From contig OZ246423.1 of NCBI GenBank assembly GCA_965231215.1, positions 288,001-352,000 of the forward strand: DNA of 64,000 nucleotides. The letters run 5' to 3'. Under the pieces are notes generated by a model. That model had not been told where the DNA came from, did not search any database, and was given only the letters and a program-made list of their open reading frames with translations. The DNA comes from Candidatus Altimarinota bacterium. Lineage in GTDB: Bacteria; Patescibacteriota; Gracilibacteria; UBA4473. Below, one piece after another: positions 59,332 to 64,000 of the stretch; the stretch's first letter is position 1; each line of letters opens with the position of its first letter. The position numbers and the translations under genes are program-made.

Positions 59332-61667
59332 GTACTAAAAAGAAACTGCTGAAAAAAATGGCTGAAACTTATTTCTTAGAAAGAAATAGTAAAATTCGTG
59401 AATTCTTTGAAAAGGAACTTCAAGCAAATATTGAGGCCTTAAAAAATGAAAAATTTAGAACAAATGAAGAACTTATAGAAAAATTAGAGGAGCTTGCTGA
59501 GTTTGCTTACCCAATACCAGAGAAGGTTGTAGAAATAGTAGAGAAAATTTCCTCAGCTAAACCAATTGCTTTGAAAGACAAGCCTACAGAGTTTGGCTTA
59601 CTACCCGGAAAAACATGGGACGATGTCTTAGAGCAATGTGTGAGTTTACTAAGGCAGGTTAGATATCTCGAAACGGAAGCAGTTATTGAGCTACTTGCTA
59701 AATTTTCGGAAAACGAAAACAAAGAACTTAGTAATAAAGCATTAGAGGCCATCGAGGAACTATGTAAGTATGACTTGCACGTGTTAAACAACGTAGGTGT
59801 CCAACCGCAAAAGAGGTTTATTGAAGCGATCAATAAATGGGCTATTAAGAAAAAAATTAGACACATTGATGTAATTGTTAAGGGTTTAACCGCTTTGCTA
59901 AGCCCAGATTTTGGAGGAGTTGAATGGCAAGATTTTAAAACTGTGACCTTCAGACATGGTGGCTTAAACGCCACCAAATCAGTTGTAAGCAATCGAGAAA
60001 CAGCTTTAGAAATAGCTAAGAATGTTTTTTTAGAGGCAGATGACCCAAAAGTTCAAATATCATTACTCAGTGTATTCAATTCTGCCTGTCGTGACTCGTT
60101 CTATACCGAGGAATTAAGGCCTGTGGTTGTGGCAAATGTCAAAGATGTTCTAAGCTTTTTTAACGAAACCGTTTTGCCGTCAAACCCAGCACTAGAAGTA
60201 TTATCAGAGCTAGAAGATCGTATTGCTTGGCTAGAAAATGGCTTTAAAACTGAAAAACTAAAAGAGTTGGCTAGATTTTGGTGTCTTCTAGAGCAAAATG
60301 AAGAGTACAAAATATATCGAATTTTAGTCGGCTATGAACGAAGATTTAGGCGATTAGAAATGGGATGGGAGGAGTGTCAAAAATACAGAAATGACCACAT
60401 TGCACAATATGTTGAGAGTATAAATCAAAAAAACGAAGAAGAGTGGATTAATCGAATTATCAATATTGCCAAAACAGAAGAAAACTTAAACGACAGTGGT
60501 AAATTCCAGTACTTTCAACAACTTCTAATTCAAATTGGCGAGAAAAAATCAGGTCTAGGATTCCTATTACTTGAGATAAATGAGCCGTTCCTAGAAAGAT
60601 TCAAAGCCTATATTATTTTGGGTTTAGATAAGTCCGAAAAAGAAAAAATTAGGCTACTAATTCAGGAGTGGATAAACAAAGGAGAAAATCTACAGATAAT
60701 TGCATTTGCCATACGGTTTATGGAGAAAATAGATACTAATATGCTTGAAGCCTTGTTTGAGAAGATTAAATCAAAGCGAGGGAAAGATAAAAAAAGAAAG
60801 TTATTTGCAGAATTTCTATACTCTCTTGGATTTACGAATATTGAGAACAAAGACCTGTTCATAAAAACTCTACGAGAACTTACAAAATATGATCTAACTC
60901 ATTGGACTAATTGGTTTTTTGGAGGTAAGGAGGGCGAAAACATATTTGAACATTTTGACGAAAATGATTGGGAAGTTGTTATTGAAAACTTACTTGGTAC
61001 AAGCGATATTCAATATCATGATGAATATGTTTTAAAATATTTACTTAGATTTGACCCAGTTAAATTTGTTAGTTTCTTTGAAAGAAGAATCAAAAAAGAA
61101 GAAAAATTTGATGGGCTTTATTATCGCTATTCATCTCTACCTTTTAGTTTGCATAATTTGCTATCAGAGTTGCATGACTACGAAGATGAGATTACCGAAG
61201 AGGTTTGGAAATGGTTTGATAAAAAGTATGGATGGAAAGCGGCAATATTCTTAAAAGCATTGTTCCCCGGTTTTTCTTCAAAAATGGATCAAAAAATAAA
61301 TGAAATTATTGATTCTAAAGATAAAAAAGCATGGAAAAAATATATTCAGCCTATTTTTCAGTGGTATCGTGGAAACTCTCTAGAGCGAATAATCAAAAGA
61401 ACGATTAACTCTTTCGACAAAGATCAAGAAATGTGGGACACCTGCATGATATATCTTTCAAACCCTGGAATGGTTTCAGGTACAACAGGCGAACCAATAA
61501 TGGCCAATGCCTATAGAGCAAAGAAGACCAGAGTTGAAAAATGGGAGTTAGACAATGACAAAATCAAGGAATTTGTTGAGGGATACAAAAAAATGCTTGA
61601 TAGAGATATTAAAAGAGAAGAACAACGACACTTAGAAGAAATGGAAAAGCTTAAAAGACGACCTTAG
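59328..61667 (+). CDS. Large alpha-helical (HEAT/ARM-like) hypothetical protein
   Basis: 779 aa, predominantly helical pattern; ATGA overlap with the NTase gene. Confidence 0.75.
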   Translation: MSTKKKLLKKMAETYFLERNSKIREFFEKELQANIEALKNEKFRTNEELIEKLEELAEFAYPIPEKVVEIVEKISSAKPIALKDKPTEFGLLPGKTWDDVLEQCVSLLRQVRYLETEAVIELLAKFSENENKELSNKALEAIEELCKYDLHVLNNVGVQPQKRFIEAINKWAIKKKIRHIDVIVKGLTALLSPDFGGVEWQDFKTVTFRHGGLNATKSVVSNRETALEIAKNVFLEADDPKVQISLLSVFNSACRDSFYTEELRPVVVANVKDVLSFFNETVLPSNPALEVLSELEDRIAWLENGFKTEKLKELARFWCLLEQNEEYKIYRILVGYERRFRRLEMGWEECQKYRNDHIAQYVESINQKNEEEWINRIINIAKTEENLNDSGKFQYFQQLLIQIGEKKSGLGFLLLEINEPFLERFKAYIILGLDKSEKEKIRLLIQEWINKGENLQIIAFAIRFMEKIDTNMLEALFEKIKSKRGKDKKRKLFAEFLYSLGFTNIENKDLFIKTLRELTKYDLTHWTNWFFGGKEGENIFEHFDENDWEVVIENLLGTSDIQYHDEYVLKYLLRFDPVKFVSFFERRIKKEEKFDGLYYRYSSLPFSLHNLLSELHDYEDEITEEVWKWFDKKYGWKAAIFLKALFPGFSSKMDQKINEIIDSKDKKAWKKYIQPIFQWYRGNSLERIIKRTINSFDKDQEMWDTCMIYLSNPGMVSGTTGEPIMANAYRAKKTRVEKWELDNDKIKEFVEGYKKMLDRDIKREEQRHLEEMEKLKRRP

Positions 61668-61804
61668 TGCTATATCTCCATAGGCGCATCGGTCACAATA
61701 GATCAACCTAATAGAATCAATCCACAAAAGGTACATTAAGATTCCCTAAAACCCCAAAAGTTCCCAACCTACGTGGGACACTATTGGGTATTACTGTACT
61801 AAGT

Positions 61805-61879
61805 TGGCTGGGGTGGAGGGATTCGAACCCCCGAATGGCGGAACCAAAATCCGCTGCCTTACCACTTGGCGACACCCCA
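61805..61879 (-). tRNA. tRNA-Gln (TTG)
   Basis: TGGGGTG...GCGGA-TT-TTG-GT-TCCGC...GGTTCGAATCC...CACCCCAGCCA, 75 nt with encoded CCA. Confidence 0.97.
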
Positions 61880-62063
61880 TCTTCGATGAGGACTGTGCTT
61901 ACTTTATCCCCTGTTGCAAAGAAGATTCCGTAATCTCGTCTCATCGCCTTTCCACTTTTATTCCAGGAAGAAAGGCAGAGCCAATCCTAAAAATGTGGGG
62001 ATTAAAATCAAGTTATTTTCTCCAATTCCTTGTCCTCGAACTACATAACTATAAAATTAGACC

Positions 62064-62609
62064 ATGTCAGAATACGTCCTTATTCTTTATGCTGGACTCC
62101 CCGCTTTCCTAGCCAACATGGCCCCCGTATTGGCGACTAAATATGGGTGGCTGTCCTTTTTTGATCAACCCGTTGATCAACATAAAACCTTTCGTGGGAA
62201 GCCTATTTTTGGCCCTCATAAAACCATTCGAGGATTTATTGTAGGAGGTATAGCCGGTCTCATCATAGGCATAATCCAATACCTTTTACACATACAGAGT
62301 CTTTTGGATTTTCCATTAGCCATAAGAGGCACTAATTCCATTATCATATTTGGCATTTTGGGAGCTATAGGCGCCTTGATTGGAGATATGATTGAGAGTT
62401 TTTTCAAACGCCAGATAGGGATCAAAAGTGGACGTCCACTCATCCCCTTTGACCAAACCGATTATATTATTGGATTTGTATTACTTACCTGGCCGTTAGT
62501 GGTTTGGGAATTACAACAGGTACTCGTATTACTGGTTGCAGCTTTAATTATGAATCCACTCACAAACCTTATAGGATACACCCTGGGTATTAAGAAAACT
62601 TTTTGGTAA
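62064..62609 (+). CDS. CDP-archaeol synthase (CarS/DUF46)-like cytidylyltransferase
   Basis: PAFLANMAPV, PVD, FGPHKTIRG, GDMIESFFKR, DQTD. Confidence 0.85.
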   Translation: MSEYVLILYAGLPAFLANMAPVLATKYGWLSFFDQPVDQHKTFRGKPIFGPHKTIRGFIVGGIAGLIIGIIQYLLHIQSLLDFPLAIRGTNSIIIFGILGAIGALIGDMIESFFKRQIGIKSGRPLIPFDQTDYIIGFVLLTWPLVVWELQQVLVLLVAALIMNPLTNLIGYTLGIKKTFW

Positions 62610-62612
62610 CAC

Positions 62613-63491
62613 ATGCCACAAAAACAAAGATATTTGGTCATTTTCAACGGCATCTCCGGCCGAATAAAAGTGCGTAACCGGCAACAAATGATTCATGATT
62701 TTTTTCAGAAAAAAAAATACTTTTATCACTTTGTTATTATTGGATCCTACGGCCATGATTTGGCTGAAAAAAATATTAAAGAACTCATCAAAAGTCTCGG
62801 AATTACTCGTATTGTGGTTTCTGGCGGTGATGGGACTCTCCAATCGGTAATACAACACTTGTACGAAGAAGATTTATTGGATATTCCCCTCGTTTATCTA
62901 CCAGGGGGTTCAGCTAATTTTTATGCTTACATTTTGGGCCAATCCAATGATTTTGGAACCGTACTCAACCATATCCCAAAAGCCAAACCACAAAAAATGT
63001 CTTTTGGCGTGATAAATGAAAAAGTCTTTATGATTGCTGCTTGTTTTGGAAAAGTATCGCAACTTACCACTAGTACCAACCGAGCCGTAAAAAAAACGCT
63101 CGGCTTTATCTCTTACCTTCTTGCTGGAGTGCATTTATTTACTCCCTTTAAGATAAAAACTGGCATCATTAACAAAAAAGCTTACTTAGCCAGCAGTCTA
63201 CTGATTGTAACACCTCAAGCCGCTCATAAGTATATTCCCCTTAAAAATATTTCTAAAACGGAACTCAATATTTTGTGCTTTCAGCATCGAAATGTTATTG
63301 ACCATATGTATGACATTTTCTTTGTGTATATCCTCAGGCAACCTCCAGAAAAAGTCGCCATAATGAATGCCAAAAAATTAGAATTTAGTGAACCTTTCCC
63401 CCAAAAACCGCATATTGATGGCGATATCCTAGAAAAAGAAGATATGTACAAGGTCAAATTAATTCCTAAAAAGCTCACTTTCTATGCTTAG
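62613..63491 (+). CDS. Diacylglycerol kinase family lipid kinase
   Basis: NGISG, GGDGT, PGGSAN, HIDGD. Confidence 0.85.
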   Translation: MPQKQRYLVIFNGISGRIKVRNRQQMIHDFFQKKKYFYHFVIIGSYGHDLAEKNIKELIKSLGITRIVVSGGDGTLQSVIQHLYEEDLLDIPLVYLPGGSANFYAYILGQSNDFGTVLNHIPKAKPQKMSFGVINEKVFMIAACFGKVSQLTTSTNRAVKKTLGFISYLLAGVHLFTPFKIKTGIINKKAYLASSLLIVTPQAAHKYIPLKNISKTELNILCFQHRNVIDHMYDIFFVYILRQPPEKVAIMNAKKLEFSEPFPQKPHIDGDILEKEDMYKVKLIPKKLTFYA

Positions 63492-64000
63492 CCATGCGCA
63501 AATTCCCAACCTACTGACCATTGGCCGAGCTATCCTCACGCTGATTATTATCGGGTTATTCGCCATAGAGTTTGATCATAAATTTGGATGGATTTTAGGA
63601 CTCTTTTTAGTGGCTAGTTTTACAGATTTCTTAGATGGCTATTTAGCCAGAAAATACAAAAACACTAGCACTTTTGGAGCCATTTTTGACCCACTAATAG
63701 ACAAAGTCCTGACTCTGGCCGTTTTTTGTTTGCTGATTCCCTATGGACTCATTCCAGCCATAATAATAGCCCTGATTATCGTTAGAGAATTAGTAGTAGA
63801 TGGATTAAGAAGTTTTTTACTCACACTTAATAAAACTCTCAGTGCTAAGTTTTGGGGCAAAATAAAAACCACACTCCAAATGGTTTTGATCATTATTAGT
63901 TTATATTTTTTAGAAACCGAACATCCGTTCCTCCCCCATATTATTATATCTCTAAGCTGGATCACCCTTCTCTGCACTTATCTCAGTGCTATCCCCTATA
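63484..64000 (+). CDS. pgsA: CDP-alcohol phosphatidyltransferase (PgsA-like), runs off the window
   Basis: IPNLLTIGR, TDFLDGYLAR...FGAIFDPLIDK, RE, GKIKT. Not in the supplied ORF track. Confidence 0.88.
   Translation, partial: MLSHAQIPNLLTIGRAILTLIIIGLFAIEFDHKFGWILGLFLVASFTDFLDGYLARKYKNTSTFGAIFDPLIDKVLTLAVFCLLIPYGLIPAIIIALIIVRELVVDGLRSFLLTLNKTLSAKFWGKIKTTLQMVLIIISLYFLETEHPFLPHIIISLSWITLLCTYLSAIPY

Larger units (their letters stand above)
42692..61812. mobile_element. Integrative element at the tRNA-Gln 3' end (serine recombinase, terminase, methylases, metal-efflux and defence cargo); left boundary unresolved, may extend to ~36654 or further
   Basis: Large serine recombinase near the tRNA 3' end, excisionase-like HTH, cargo genes. 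Confidence 0.65.

Noticed and set aside
61717-62112. ORFs 61717-61944(-) and 61804-62112(+)
   Set aside because: They overlap the tRNA-Gln gene; artefacts.

Overview
Bacterial chromosome segment in the standard genetic code. The gene inventory suggests a Patescibacteria/CPR organism (inference): archaeal-type TpiA, a baseplate-J-like membrane protein, a CarS-like enzyme, and many apparently leaderless genes. From 1 to ~18 kb are mostly housekeeping genes: a putative Zur regulon, an ABC-F ATPase, an SF1 helicase, and an anaerobic RNR operon with a split NrdD. From ~18 to 61.8 kb is a large accessory region that ends at the 3' end of a tRNA-Gln(TTG) and is punctuated by a family of dispersed att-like repeats. 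It contains an SF2 helicase-nuclease, large effector-like proteins (a Clp-like AAA+ protein, an ART-like/kinase protein next to a macrodomain-hydrolase, and a kinase), and an intact two-reverse-transcriptase DRT3-type antiphage locus followed by a structured ncRNA carrying an ACACAC tract. It also holds a CsoR-regulated Cu/Ag/Zn efflux operon, a methylase-terminase-serine recombinase module with no capsid genes, and an NTase plus helical-protein pair. The right end is a lipid-modification cluster (CarS-like, DAG kinase, PgsA). All family calls come from motif recognition by eye; no database searches were run.
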